From a virus: a DNA stretch of 47,779 bases. The position numbers and the translations under genes were made by a program. The DNA is taken from IMG/VR virus record IMGVR_UViG_3300025316_000002, positions 1 through 47,779 of that record; one strand, written 5' to 3'. The notes under the pieces are model-generated. The model worked only from the letters and a program-made list of their open reading frames with translations, was not told the DNA's origin and searched no databases. Positions 31,964-42,926 of the stretch are shown here, in pieces; the first letter of the stretch is position 1; each line of letters opens with the position of its first letter.

Positions 31964-34900
31964 ATGGAATCAATTGGCGATATCCGAGCCGAATTAGGAT
32001 TTGATACCGGGAAGGCGGAGGCGGGCGTCAACAAAGCCAAAGGTCTGTTTAATTCCCTCGGGGATATCGTCGGCCCGATTACGTCTAAATTCAACATGCT
32101 CGAATTATCTGTTGTCGGCGTGGCGGGCGCCGCGGTTGCCGCGGGCATGGCCGCCGAACAGAACATGCAGAAAATTGCGTTTGCCACGGGCGCGGCGGGG
32201 GATCAACTCGCCCAACTTGGGCAACAGTATCGCACCGTGGGCGCGCAGGCGACGGAATCCCTGTCCACGGTTGCCGATGTTATCGCCCTGATCCATCAGC
32301 GCACCGGGGAGACCGGGAAAGGCGCGGAGGAACTCGCCGACAACCTGCTGAAAGCCGCACACGCACTCAACGCGGGCGACGTGCACGGGTTGACGACAGA
32401 ATATACCGCGCTCATGAATCAATGGCACATCGGAGCCGAGGGGCTTGACGTGCTTGTGAAGGCGTCGCAGGCGTCCGGTGCACCGATTGGCCAACTTGCC
32501 GCACAGTTGCGCGAATTTGGCCCCACGTTTCAGATGATGGGCTACGGGTTCGAGCACAGCGCGGCTTTACTAGCCAATTTCGAGCGCCAAGGCATCACCT
32601 CCGGGCGCGTCATCATGGCCTTCAAACAGGCCATTGCGGCGGAAGGGGGGGACTCCGCTGAATTTGGGCGAGACCTGAAACGAATGCAGGAACTTTCCCG
32701 GTCAGGCGATAAAGAAGGCGCGATTAACTACCTAAAAAAGACGATGGGGGTGGGGGCGCGCGGCATGGGCGACGTGATCGGGGCAATCCGCAACGGGGCG
32801 CTCGATACCGATTCCATGCAGGCGAATGTCAGCAACAGCGCGGGCGCCGCGGCGGGATTGATAGATAAGTCGTTCGTCGCCGACTTGGAACGCCTAAAAA
32901 ACCTCACGGAATTGACCTTGGAGCCGATGGGGGAAGCGTTCCTGGGCATCGCGGAAAAGATCGTCCCGGTTGTCGTGGGGGTGGAAAAGATCATCACCCC
33001 GCTGCTGGAAAGTAAAGCGGCGCAGGAGTTGCTCAAGTGGGTGATCTTATTTAACCTCGCGAACTTGGGCGTCAAACCGCTTGCCTCTGGTATTGCCGGA
33101 GTCGTGGGATTGATCAGCACCCTTGCGCGTGGGGAAGGTCTGTCTGTCCTTACCCGTGTTTTTGGCGGGTACGTCACGCAATGGCAAAAGATCGGTGATG
33201 CTATGCGCGGGGCAAGCACCACGCTTGCTAAAGTTGGTGGTACTGCTGTAGCCGATGCGACCGGACAAGCAGTCGGGCAAGCAGCAGAATCAGCGGCCGC
33301 AAAAGCTCTAGCGAAAAAAGCCGCCGCGAAAGAGATCGAAACTGTTATCCTGTCTGTTGCCGGGTCAACAGCCGCAACAACAGGGGCTAAAGCTGTCGCC
33401 TCTACTGGAATAGTTACAGCGGCGACAGTCGGGGGAGCGGCATTAGCCGCGCTTCCGTGGGTTGTCCTTATTGCCGCCGTTGTTGGCCTAGGATATGAAA
33501 TATATCAGATATTCGGCTATACGAAACAGGCGAAAGACGATTTAGAGAAATACAACGCCGAGTTACCCGCTATTCTCGCGAAAAACCATGAGCAAATGCT
33601 TACCGCGCGAGCGCATGAGCAAGCCGCGAAAGATGCCGGGTATAAGGGCACGACTGACCTGCGCGCGAAGGCGCTTGCCGGAGATCCGAACGCACAGGAA
33701 TTGTACCGGAAACTCTACAAAAACAGTCAGTTAGAGATGCCGGAGATTAGCAAGGATACGAAATACACCTACGAAACGACCTACATGGTCGAAGCCCGCC
33801 AGCGCCAGGAGCAGGACACGGCAAAGGGCGTGTCAGATGCCGCGATTGCCGCGGGCAAGCTGCACGTTATCAAATCGCAATATCAATACGCTTTATCGGC
33901 GCAGGAGCGCACCGACAACCAGAATAACGCACGATTGGCTGCGCTCGCCATCTCCCAGCAAGCCGCACAGCAGAACCTCGTTGCTGATCGTGACGCGAAA
34001 CTGCGTGACGCGGCAAGCATGGCAAATCAGATTGTCGCCGAACAGCGGAAGCGCGAAATTGAAACAGAATACGCGGTCAAAAAAGCGGGGCTGGATGCGG
34101 AACAGGCTATCGCTATCGGCCACTTGGAAGCCCGGAATGCGCGCGCCAAGCAACTGATCGATGAGGAAGTCCGGTATTATGCCGCCTCATTATCCCGCGC
34201 CGATGCCGTCGCTGCCGCGTCGAATGCCGCCGCGCTGGGTGGCGACGCCCTCACAATCCTACGCCGTCAATCCGGGCAGTCACGATCAGGGGAAGAGACG
34301 GCACAATATACCGGCATGATTCGGTCGAAACAGGTAGAGCTCACCTGGGATGCGTATATTGCCAGTGAGCGCGAGCGTCTCCAAAAAGCCGTTGATGAGA
34401 AAATGATTACGAACGAGGAACGCCTCGCGCGTCAATCAAAAATGAATCAGCAGATGAACTACCTGGACACCGTGAAGCAGATTGCGCTGGCCCATGAAGG
34501 GCTTGCCTCCTGGGAACGCGAACGCGCCGCCCAGAACGTTCACCGGAAAACGGGCATTGGCTATCAGCAGGAAAGCGAAACACAGGGGTTTGGTATCACC
34601 ATCGCGGGCATGGAGGCCCAACGGGGGATGCTCACACTGCAATATGCCTTCGCCGCTGGGGTAGCAGACCGGGCGCGCAACACCGCCGCACAGAAGGATA
34701 TTGACGCAACGGAGTTTACCGAATCACGGAAGAAGCAGTTGCGGGATGCCGCCTTACTGCAAATCAAGGCGACGGAAAACACCGTCGAACAGGAACGCCT
34801 GCAACACGCCCTTGATCTGGCGATGAAGGCGGAAGATGGCAAATTAGCCATCAAAAAAGCGGCGACGGCCAAGGCGCTGGAAATGGACTTGCAAGCCCTG

Positions 34901-35596
34901 TCCCTGGAAGCTGCCCTGCGCGCCGCTTCGTATGCAAGCACCGATGCCACGATGAATACGCGCACCCGCGCGCTGCAATCGCGGAACATGCGCGCGCAAG
35001 CAACCGCTGGACTGTATGATGCGTTTTGGGGCACGAAACAATTTGGCTTGTCGGAACAACTCGCCGAAATTGGCGGGAATCGGTACGACGAAACAACACG
35101 GAGTGAGGAAGCACGCGCGCGAGCTATCGCCGCCGCCAAGCTCTCCGAATCCGCCGCGACGTTACCCGCGAAACTCAAGGAAATTGGCGCGCAATATGAC
35201 GACGCGCTCAAAGCCATCAACCAGAAATACGCCGACCAGACCTGGACAATTAACCTCGATATCAAAAAGGCGAAGTTTGACGAGTACAGGGACATGATGA
35301 TTAACCTGGTGAGTAACTCGCTGGTGTATGGTGGCACGGTGCAGACAAAAGCACGCGCCGCCGCGTTAAAATATGGGTACGCCGGGCAGGAGTTTATGGG
35401 GATGCCCACAGATTACCGCGCCGCTTCGATGGACTTTCAAAACATGAACCTTGCCGCGCCGCCGCAACCAGCCGCGGCCAACACCCCCGTGCGTATCAAT
35501 GTGACGTTAAGCGACGGCCTGCAAGCCGAAGTGGTGGGGGAATCCTCCCGCGCCGTGGTCGATTTGCTCAATGCCGCGTTCCGTGCGACGTATTAG
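31964..35596 (+). CDS. Tape measure protein
   Basis: 1210 aa, Ala/Gln-rich and helical, with a central hydrophobic Gly/Ala segment. Position is canonical. Confidence 0.9.
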   Translation: MESIGDIRAELGFDTGKAEAGVNKAKGLFNSLGDIVGPITSKFNMLELSVVGVAGAAVAAGMAAEQNMQKIAFATGAAGDQLAQLGQQYRTVGAQATESLSTVADVIALIHQRTGETGKGAEELADNLLKAAHALNAGDVHGLTTEYTALMNQWHIGAEGLDVLVKASQASGAPIGQLAAQLREFGPTFQMMGYGFEHSAALLANFERQGITSGRVIMAFKQAIAAEGGDSAEFGRDLKRMQELSRSGDKEGAINYLKKTMGVGARGMGDVIGAIRNGALDTDSMQANVSNSAGAAAGLIDKSFVADLERLKNLTELTLEPMGEAFLGIAEKIVPVVVGVEKIITPLLESKAAQELLKWVILFNLANLGVKPLASGIAGVVGLISTLARGEGLSVLTRVFGGYVTQWQKIGDAMRGASTTLAKVGGTAVADATGQAVGQAAESAAAKALAKKAAAKEIETVILSVAGSTAATTGAKAVASTGIVTAATVGGAALAALPWVVLIAAVVGLGYEIYQIFGYTKQAKDDLEKYNAELPAILAKNHEQMLTARAHEQAAKDAGYKGTTDLRAKALAGDPNAQELYRKLYKNSQLEMPEISKDTKYTYETTYMVEARQRQEQDTAKGVSDAAIAAGKLHVIKSQYQYALSAQERTDNQNNARLAALAISQQAAQQNLVADRDAKLRDAASMANQIVAEQRKREIETEYAVKKAGLDAEQAIAIGHLEARNARAKQLIDEEVRYYAASLSRADAVAAASNAAALGGDALTILRRQSGQSRSGEETAQYTGMIRSKQVELTWDAYIASERERLQKAVDEKMITNEERLARQSKMNQQMNYLDTVKQIALAHEGLASWERERAAQNVHRKTGIGYQQESETQGFGITIAGMEAQRGMLTLQYAFAAGVADRARNTAAQKDIDATEFTESRKKQLRDAALLQIKATENTVEQERLQHALDLAMKAEDGKLAIKKAATAKALEMDLQALSLEAALRAASYASTDATMNTRTRALQSRNMRAQATAGLYDAFWGTKQFGLSEQLAEIGGNRYDETTRSEEARARAIAAAKLSESAATLPAKLKEIGAQYDDALKAINQKYADQTWTINLDIKKAKFDEYRDMMINLVSNSLVYGGTVQTKARAAALKYGYAGQEFMGMPTDYRAASMDFQNMNLAAPPQPAAANTPVRINVTLSDGLQAEVVGESSRAVVDLLNAAFRATY

Positions 35597-35603
35597 GAGT
35601 CCT

Positions 35604-36761
35604 ATGCCAGCACCCGCGCGATCATGGAAAATACAGGCATATGACCCGGCGACAGGCAACCTGCTCACGGAATGGGGGATTCCAACCACTGTGAGCAACT
35701 TTGGGGAGGATTCCCTTGAGCCGTTGCTTGTCTGTGCAATGGAATCGCGCGTGGGGTATGGCGAGGAGCTTTTCGCGCAGTATGCCGTGCCCGCTGGGAA
35801 TATACGGCCAATTCTCGCCTTTAACCTGTTGGGGATAGAGCAGCGCCGGTTACTGCTTAACGGTGGAATGGCATGGGGCGCGACGCTGAACCTCGTGAAC
35901 CCTGCCGGTAGTGCGTATCTCACCGAAGCAACACCCACATATGGCCCGCTAATCCCCGGCATGATCAACCCGACAAACGGGGCAGTCGTGTCCACCTTCA
36001 ACACCGGTAGTAGCGCGCTTTTCTACGCCACGGGCAACGGGCATATATATGTCTATTCGACATTCAGCGGGCCAACCGTCACGATCTATACCACCGCCGG
36101 AGCGGTAGTCAGCACCACGGCGTTTACTCTGGCGTATGGCTACGAAGTCCGCGGACTTTCTTACCTTGCCCCAACGCACTTCGCCCTACTCACGGCGCAT
36201 GATGTGAGCGGTAACCCGGTCTACACCATTCAGACGCGCCTTGTCTCAACCGGGGCAATCGTCAACGAGTGGACAGTGCCGGAAGCCTGCCTATTCTGGT
36301 TATTCTCCGATGCGACGCCGTACCTGTACACCATCGGGGATGCGACTTTCGGCGGGCCGCAAAATATCCTGCAATACACGAGCACGGGGACGCTTCAGCG
36401 CACGATTACTCTGCCAAGTACCACCACCCCCCACCATCTCACCGTACAGCCGTCTACAGGCGCGCTGTGGGTCCTGGTATCCTACGTGCCCCCGGAAGTG
36501 GGGGGCAACTCGCTGGCGGTCACGGAATCGGGAATAGACGGCCAGCGGCATATTGTCTACACCTCCTCCTACGAAAACGCCTACCACCTCGCGGAGAACG
36601 CCGTTGACACCACCCCGCAGGGCACCCCGGCGAACATCGGCGCGGGAGTGGCGGCATCGGCCATTATGCAGGATGACGGAAAACTGGTGGCGAAACTCCT
36701 GGATAGCACCACGGGCACCGTCTCAACCGTGACATCGGTGAAAAATGGCGAGGACTGGTAA
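35604..36761 (+). CDS. Putative distal tail protein / tail tip component
   Basis: ATG at 35604 with AGGAG upstream. First gene after the TMP. Confidence 0.4.
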   Translation: MPAPARSWKIQAYDPATGNLLTEWGIPTTVSNFGEDSLEPLLVCAMESRVGYGEELFAQYAVPAGNIRPILAFNLLGIEQRRLLLNGGMAWGATLNLVNPAGSAYLTEATPTYGPLIPGMINPTNGAVVSTFNTGSSALFYATGNGHIYVYSTFSGPTVTIYTTAGAVVSTTAFTLAYGYEVRGLSYLAPTHFALLTAHDVSGNPVYTIQTRLVSTGAIVNEWTVPEACLFWLFSDATPYLYTIGDATFGGPQNILQYTSTGTLQRTITLPSTTTPHHLTVQPSTGALWVLVSYVPPEVGGNSLAVTESGIDGQRHIVYTSSYENAYHLAENAVDTTPQGTPANIGAGVAASAIMQDDGKLVAKLLDSTTGTVSTVTSVKNGEDW

Positions 36762-37037
36762 ATGCCGGAATTAATGGATATGCCCACCGCGCCGAATACC
36801 GATATTATCACCGCCGTTTATGGCACGGACTTTGTGATATCTATCACAATCGAATCACCGGGGCAGGCTGATCGCACAGTCACCTATGACCCCGCTAGCG
36901 AGCACCTTACGGCCCTGCGTCTAATTATCGACCCCGACACGTGGGAATGGTCGCTGTATTGGCTGACAAGTGACGACCTCTTAATTCATCACGCAACCTC
37001 GATCAACTACGGCAGTACCTGGATAACAATCCTATGA
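36762..37037 (+). CDS. Hypothetical tail-module protein (91 aa)
   Basis: Tightly packed between tail genes. Confidence 0.5.
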   Translation: MPELMDMPTAPNTDIITAVYGTDFVISITIESPGQADRTVTYDPASEHLTALRLIIDPDTWEWSLYWLTSDDLLIHHATSINYGSTWITIL

Positions 37038-39130
37038 CGGCGAAGACTATCCTGAAAGCTGAATACCTGTTCGAGATCGGGCAACCGGGCGCGTTTTTCG
37101 ACTACATGACGCGGCCCGGCGCCGGGTACTACCTCGTACCCTCCGCGCAGGATGGTTCGCACGTTTACTGGTACGATTACGTCACGGATGGAAACGTCCA
37201 GTTGTCGCCCGCGCTGAAAGGCGTTCTCCTCTCCCCGGTCTATGATAACCCCTTCGTTGACGAATCGCTTGCCAACTACGGGACGCCGGACCCGGCCAAA
37301 TTCACGCTATGCGAAGCTCCGCCGCTTCGCAAGCAATGCCTATTCATGTTCGATGGCACCCCGAACGTGCAAACCTCGATTACCAGTACCATCACCCTCC
37401 CCGCCGCGCCGTATATCTACCTGTACCTGCGTCGGCCCATCAGCCCGCCGGACGGCCAACTTGTGAGCGCGCTGAAATGGCAATTTAGCTTCGGCGGTGG
37501 GTACATGCTGGAGTGGACAGCGCAGTACAACCCCGTGCTCTACCATGACGGGACGGCTATTTCGCATTTCGTTATCTCCCCCGAGGAGCGCATGGCGTTT
37601 TTCTACGCGAAAGACACTATTTTCCAAATCACGAATGTTATGAGCACGCTGCAAATTGCCTCTTCGGCATTCGGCGGAACCTGGGTCATTCAAAACACCG
37701 GGGAACTGCCCGCCGCCGTCTATGGCCTGTCAGGGTTCGGCGGCCAATGGATTAGCAACGTATCAGCCCTGGCGATGGTAACCAGCGGGTACTGCATTTC
37801 CCCTTGGATTGATTTCCAGTACAATTTCGATGATGCCGATTTAATCGCCGACGTATTCCCGCCGTCATCGAAGCAAGCGCCAGGCACCGCCGCAACTGTG
37901 ACGATTGAAGCCTCGTCCGGCACGATGAAGCAATTCCGCATCACTCTCACCGGGGACGGCGCGCACAGCCCGCTCATTCAAGGCGTCTCGCTCAAATTCC
38001 CGCCGGCGTTCGGCTCTCCGAATCCGCGCGTGAGTTATGATTTCACCCCCTGTATTGACTGGCAGCAGTCGCCGCCTCAGGAGGACTTCGGGCTTGATTT
38101 TGTCGCGCGGCAGGTGTCCCTGGACGTGTTGCCGGATATCCACGTGACCGGGGCCGTATACAGTTTCTACGAGCTAATTAGCCTCTGCAATGGGCAAGTG
38201 CCGTTCCGGTACTCTATCGGGTATCGGTACACCGACGACACCACGACAACCGTGCAGCGCATGACCGGCTTTCTGTCTTTCCGCGAAAACCCGATACAGA
38301 TAGGCGATTTGAACCGCCTGCGTTTACGCGGCAAGGACCGCTGGAAAGAGCTACAGGAACACACGCTGTCTGCACCGCCGTGCTTGCAGGCTATGAGCGT
38401 GTTTGCCGCCATACAGGAGATTGCCAGCTACGCGGGGGTAAATCCCTCCGATGTGATCTATGACCACACCGGCACGGACCCGAATAGCATTTATCTGGAC
38501 GATCCCGGCAATGAGTACGTCAACCCGCCATGGTTGCCGCAAGTTGGCGCAAAGGCCGCTGATGTTATCCGGCATATTTGCCAAACGAAAGGCTTTTTTG
38601 CGTCGTTCACACCTGCCGGCCAACTCTACGTAACTGGTAACCGGTTCTACGCTGGGTTACAAGGCGCGTATACCATCCTGCCGACGACAGACCCCGCCGC
38701 CGCGTTGACCAAGCTCCAAATCCGCTATGACCATGAGGGGATTGTCAACGGGGTCATGGGCGAAGGCATCGGCCCGGACGGGCAACGCATCCGGTATTCG
38801 CTGGTCGATTGGCCGTCAATTACGGATATTGATAGCCCAAATTACATCGGCTATCCGGCCATCGACTATATCAGCATCCCAGATTGCCTCACCGCCGCGA
38901 GTGTGGAGCAAGCCGTCACGGCCCGCTACAACGAACGGCGCGCGGGTTTCCCGTGGTACGAATTAACCGGGGACTACCATTCGAACCTCTGGCAAATCCA
39001 ACCCACTATGCAAATTGCCGTAGAAGATCAGGAGGGGCACTCGCATTATCTCCTGGTAATCCAGATGCGGCAGACGCTCGGCCTGAAATACATGGAGCCG
39101 ACTATCGTCGGGGAAGATCGGTCGATATAA
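37034..39130 (+). CDS. Putative tail-associated / baseplate hub protein (698 aa)
   Basis: Large protein downstream of the TMP and Dit-like genes. Called from position only. Confidence 0.4.
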   Translation: MTAKTILKAEYLFEIGQPGAFFDYMTRPGAGYYLVPSAQDGSHVYWYDYVTDGNVQLSPALKGVLLSPVYDNPFVDESLANYGTPDPAKFTLCEAPPLRKQCLFMFDGTPNVQTSITSTITLPAAPYIYLYLRRPISPPDGQLVSALKWQFSFGGGYMLEWTAQYNPVLYHDGTAISHFVISPEERMAFFYAKDTIFQITNVMSTLQIASSAFGGTWVIQNTGELPAAVYGLSGFGGQWISNVSALAMVTSGYCISPWIDFQYNFDDADLIADVFPPSSKQAPGTAATVTIEASSGTMKQFRITLTGDGAHSPLIQGVSLKFPPAFGSPNPRVSYDFTPCIDWQQSPPQEDFGLDFVARQVSLDVLPDIHVTGAVYSFYELISLCNGQVPFRYSIGYRYTDDTTTTVQRMTGFLSFRENPIQIGDLNRLRLRGKDRWKELQEHTLSAPPCLQAMSVFAAIQEIASYAGVNPSDVIYDHTGTDPNSIYLDDPGNEYVNPPWLPQVGAKAADVIRHICQTKGFFASFTPAGQLYVTGNRFYAGLQGAYTILPTTDPAAALTKLQIRYDHEGIVNGVMGEGIGPDGQRIRYSLVDWPSITDIDSPNYIGYPAIDYISIPDCLTAASVEQAVTARYNERRAGFPWYELTGDYHSNLWQIQPTMQIAVEDQEGHSHYLLVIQMRQTLGLKYMEPTIVGEDRSI

Positions 39131-39675
39131 TGTCAATAAATTTCAACGATTTGCAACAGACGCTTCGCCGGGTACTTGACCGGACGGCACAACGCAACAC
39201 CGGGGCAGGGACAGAAATTGCCCCAACCAGCCGCGGCAATGGGGGACTAACCACCGTACCCGCGCCGGCGAATCCTCCGGCGATGCCGACAGTACCCGGC
39301 CCCGCCGGCCCGCGCGGCCCTGGGTACGCCTATACGCAGGGCTATACCTGGGCGCTAGGCGTCAACTACGTTGTCACAGATATCTATGACAATCAGATTG
39401 TGACCGGGCACGACGGCACGACCTACGGGGTATTAGCCGCGCACACCAGCGCCAGCGGTAATGAGCCGGGAGTAGGGGCAAGCTGGCAAACCTACTGGTT
39501 TGTTTTCGCCGCGAAAGGCGCGGATGGCAGCGCAGGTATCGGCGTCCCCACCGGGGGAACCGTTGCGCAAGTATTGGCGAAGATAGACAGTACGAACTAT
39601 AACACGCATTGGATTGACCAGACCGGCGGCGTCGCCGTGCTGGATTATGTCGCGATAGAGATGCAATCGCTATGA
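39130..39675 (+). CDS. Tail fibre-associated protein with a short collagen-like tract and a CBM5/12-like carbohydrate-binding motif
   Basis: ATG at 39130 (TAATG overlap). Contains GPAGPRGPG, and YTWALGVNYVV...GTTYGVLAAHTSASGNEPGVGASWQTYW resembles the CBM_5_12 pattern. Confidence 0.45.
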   Translation: MSINFNDLQQTLRRVLDRTAQRNTGAGTEIAPTSRGNGGLTTVPAPANPPAMPTVPGPAGPRGPGYAYTQGYTWALGVNYVVTDIYDNQIVTGHDGTTYGVLAAHTSASGNEPGVGASWQTYWFVFAAKGADGSAGIGVPTGGTVAQVLAKIDSTNYNTHWIDQTGGVAVLDYVAIEMQSL

Positions 39676-42575
39676 TAACTTACTTGTTGCAGGACACGAA
39701 TAGCTCACTTGTCGCGAAGCTCACGGGCGCACCAGCGACCACGGAACCGACGTTTGACGCGCCTATTCTCACAGTAGAAACCGCGACCGGTGCGAACGTC
39801 AAAGGCTCTTCCGCCGGCACGTTTAACAGCACGACGGAGATTACCCTCGTGGCGGCCCCGGCTTCCGGTCATACCATCGCCGTCGGCGCGCTGAAAATCG
39901 GCAACCTTGATACGGCGAGCATCACCGTCCTCCTCGGGGTGCGTACCGGGGTAAGCGCCGTCACCTATCAGCCGTTCGTAATTACCGCCGGGCAAACACT
40001 GATTATCGGTGCATCATCGGGGAGCACCGGGGGCAGTAGCGCCGGCGTGACCTCGTTTAATACGCGCACCGGCCCGGTCAACCCTGCGGCCTCTGACTAT
40101 GCCGCTTCGCAGGTGTCGAATGATTCGACCGTTACCGGCAGCTTTGTCAAAGATGCGCTGAATACGCTTTTAGCGGCAATCAATGGTATTTCGTTGACGT
40201 GGGCCAGTATCACGGGCAAGCCCACAGCATTCACCCCCACCGCGCACGCCAGCACTCACGCGACGGGTGGCAGTGATGCCTTGGCCCTGTCTGATATTGG
40301 CGCGCAAGCGGCGCTCGGGTATACCCCGGAAAACGTCGCCAACAAAAACGCCAATAGCGGCTACCCTGGACTGGACGCCAATGGCCGCCTTGGAATAGGG
40401 ACAACCTCCCCGGTATCTCTCGTTGACGTGCGAGGCACGACTGCGGCAGGAATGCTTACATCTGATTGCGGAATCAATCTGATATTCGTCGCTGACGCCG
40501 CCGCACCGACACTTGCCCTTGTTGCCTCCGCTGGCAACGTAAATGCTGGTACGCATTACTACATCGTGACGTATGTAACAGCCATCGGGGAAACTCGCGG
40601 CACGTTGAGCGCAGTCATAACGACCGATGCTGGACACGGGCAAGTCACGGTGACATTGCCGGTATCCACCGATCCACGCGTAACCAGTCGAAAAGTCTAC
40701 CGGTCGAAGGCTGGGGATAGCTACTACGCGCAATGCCTCGTGGCAACGGTGGCGGATAACACCACGGGAACCTATACCGATAATATCGCCGACGCCAGCC
40801 TTGATACCACAAAAAACGCGTACTATCGGGACAACACCACAAATAACGCGTTGACGCGTAACGGCGTGCGTGTGATGATGCCAGGAGCCCAAAATACCAT
40901 TTTCGGACTATCCGCTGGTGCATCGCTGACGACCGGTGGAGGCAATGCCCTGCTTGGCGCGTCCGCTGGTACGGTACTAACGTCTGGCACAGATAACACG
41001 TTCCTGGGGCACTTCAGCGGAATGTCGTACACGACCGGATGGAGCAATACTGCGCTGGGATCGAATGCGTTGTACTATGGCACGACCGGTGGAAACAATG
41101 TTGGTGTCGGCTACCTGGCTGGGCTGAACAACCAGACCGGAAATCGCAACGTCCTCATTGGTGTCAGTGCCGGGGCCGGAACAACGATCCACAACAAATC
41201 GGACTGTGTGATGATCGGTTACCAAGCCGGGAAAAACGAAAATGGTAACAGCAAGCTCTATATCCATAACACCAGTTCCGCGACGCCGTTGATTTATGGC
41301 GATTTTACCGGTGGTCTCACTATTAATGCGCAGTCGAGCACCCTGGCGGCATTGAATTTGCAGCTAGTCTCCGGACATAGCGGTTACGCGTTCACTATAT
41401 TGCCCTTCGGTAGCGCAACGCCAGTCTTCGAAGTCGACGCGGCTGGTGTTGTCTGGCCCACAGGCTATAAATCGTCGGACGGCACAACGGGAGCCACCGT
41501 CACCGCTGGATGGTCAGTCTTCAAGAACGGGCTCTTTACCAGCACCACGGCAGCGAAAGGTGATCTCCTAGTCGGTGCAAGCGCCACAACTGTACAACGA
41601 TTGACCGTCGGCAGTGATGGGCAGGTGCCTATTGCAGATGCCGCACAATCGACAGGTATTCGGTGGGGGAATATATCCGGTGGTCCGACGACTAGCACTA
41701 ACGATACGACCTATGTAATATCCGTTGACGGCAATGATAGCAATACGGGCACGTGTACCGCATTGACCGGAACGTTAAGCTGTACAGCCACTTCGCAGAA
41801 TGTCTCGGGCATCAACACCCTGTTTACCACCGAGGTAAATGTGGGCGATTACATCGTTATCGGTAAAGAACCCCGTAAGGTATTGTCTATTGGCAGCAAT
41901 ACCGCAATGGTGGTGACTTCACAATTCCTGGTATCAACCAGTGCGGTGACCGGCTATAAATGCACGGCCACACTATTAACTCATGCTGGCGTGATAGCGA
42001 AACTCCCTGCGGTAATTAACCATACGTACCTGGTACTTGATTGCGTCAGTTCCATCAGCGAAACCGTAGCCATAAGCAATCTGGCTGGGTATGGATCTAT
42101 TTCATTTTACGGGAGTGCGACATCATCTGCGGCTGCGACGGTTGTCGGGTTTTCCGTGACAAATTGCACGCTAAATGATATTCAGATACGAGGGTATCAA
42201 CTGTCCGGAACGTCTACTAATAATATTTACATCACTGGGGGTAATGTGCTGATCGCGTTCTGTTCCATGACGGCGAATTACTCTGGAACTGGAATGGGTA
42301 TATATGCCTATTCGCCTTACGAAGGTATCGCGTCAAGTGTACGTGCTGTTGGGAATACGATATCGAATCGTTACGTTGCGATTCGTTCAGAGCAAAGAAG
42401 TTGCGTGTATACCTATTCCAATTCAGGTAGTGGTAATACTACCGGACTGTGGGCGATCAATGGTGGTTACATCACGAAAGGTGACAACGGCCAGCCCGGT
42501 GGAACGACCGCGGAAGGTAATACCGGTGGTGGTGTGCTTGTTGGTTCGTCCGGCGTGAAGATTGGGACATCATAA
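39672..42575 (+). CDS. Tail fibre / tailspike protein (967 aa)
   Basis: Gly/Thr/Ser/Asn-rich beta repeats (NTALGSNALYYGTTGGNNVGVGYLAGLNNQTGNRNVLIG) and a C-terminal beta-helix-like region. Confidence 0.65.
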   Translation: MITYLLQDTNSSLVAKLTGAPATTEPTFDAPILTVETATGANVKGSSAGTFNSTTEITLVAAPASGHTIAVGALKIGNLDTASITVLLGVRTGVSAVTYQPFVITAGQTLIIGASSGSTGGSSAGVTSFNTRTGPVNPAASDYAASQVSNDSTVTGSFVKDALNTLLAAINGISLTWASITGKPTAFTPTAHASTHATGGSDALALSDIGAQAALGYTPENVANKNANSGYPGLDANGRLGIGTTSPVSLVDVRGTTAAGMLTSDCGINLIFVADAAAPTLALVASAGNVNAGTHYYIVTYVTAIGETRGTLSAVITTDAGHGQVTVTLPVSTDPRVTSRKVYRSKAGDSYYAQCLVATVADNTTGTYTDNIADASLDTTKNAYYRDNTTNNALTRNGVRVMMPGAQNTIFGLSAGASLTTGGGNALLGASAGTVLTSGTDNTFLGHFSGMSYTTGWSNTALGSNALYYGTTGGNNVGVGYLAGLNNQTGNRNVLIGVSAGAGTTIHNKSDCVMIGYQAGKNENGNSKLYIHNTSSATPLIYGDFTGGLTINAQSSTLAALNLQLVSGHSGYAFTILPFGSATPVFEVDAAGVVWPTGYKSSDGTTGATVTAGWSVFKNGLFTSTTAAKGDLLVGASATTVQRLTVGSDGQVPIADAAQSTGIRWGNISGGPTTSTNDTTYVISVDGNDSNTGTCTALTGTLSCTATSQNVSGINTLFTTEVNVGDYIVIGKEPRKVLSIGSNTAMVVTSQFLVSTSAVTGYKCTATLLTHAGVIAKLPAVINHTYLVLDCVSSISETVAISNLAGYGSISFYGSATSSAAATVVGFSVTNCTLNDIQIRGYQLSGTSTNNIYITGGNVLIAFCSMTANYSGTGMGIYAYSPYEGIASSVRAVGNTISNRYVAIRSEQRSCVYTYSNSGSGNTTGLWAINGGYITKGDNGQPGGTTAEGNTGGGVLVGSSGVKIGTS

Positions 42576-42922
42576 TGACACTCTATGTCTATGACCACAT
42601 TACGAAACAGTTGCTTTACTCCATTGAAGACGTGATAGATTTTACGTCGGACAGTATAACCTCGACGACGGGTGGCTTCCGTGGATTCGCGCCGAACGTG
42701 GCATTCGCGACCACCGCTGATCTAGTTGACGATGTGCGACCGAATCCCGAACACGAGGAGATCAGGAAGCAACTTGACGCACTTGACGCGGCGGCGATTC
42801 GCCCGTTGCGATCCATCCAACACGCGATGGTGTATAACACGACACCAGACCCGATCGATATTAAGAAGCTGGCCGACCTAGATGCGCAGGCGTTCGCACT
42901 ACGCAACAAATTAAGGGAGTAG
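42575..42922 (+). CDS. Putative tail fibre assembly/chaperone protein
   Basis: Immediately after the fibre gene (TAATG overlap). The C-terminal ...LDAAAIRPLRSIQHAM...LADLDAQAFALRNKL resembles the Tfa-type motif. Confidence 0.35.
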   Translation: MTLYVYDHITKQLLYSIEDVIDFTSDSITSTTGGFRGFAPNVAFATTADLVDDVRPNPEHEEIRKQLDALDAAAIRPLRSIQHAMVYNTTPDPIDIKKLADLDAQAFALRNKLRE

Positions 42923-42926
42923 AACT

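Noticed and set aside
31537-32187. 216-aa minus-strand ORF across the chaperone/TMP junction
   Set aside because: It overlaps the G, G-T and TMP coding regions on the opposite strand and gives an Ala/Pro/Ser-rich antisense artefact.
34564-35409. 281-aa ORF antisense to the tape measure gene
   Set aside because: It lies entirely inside a well-supported 1210-aa gene. Its Ser/Ala/Arg/Cys-rich composition is typical of antisense frames in GC-rich DNA, and it has no RBS.
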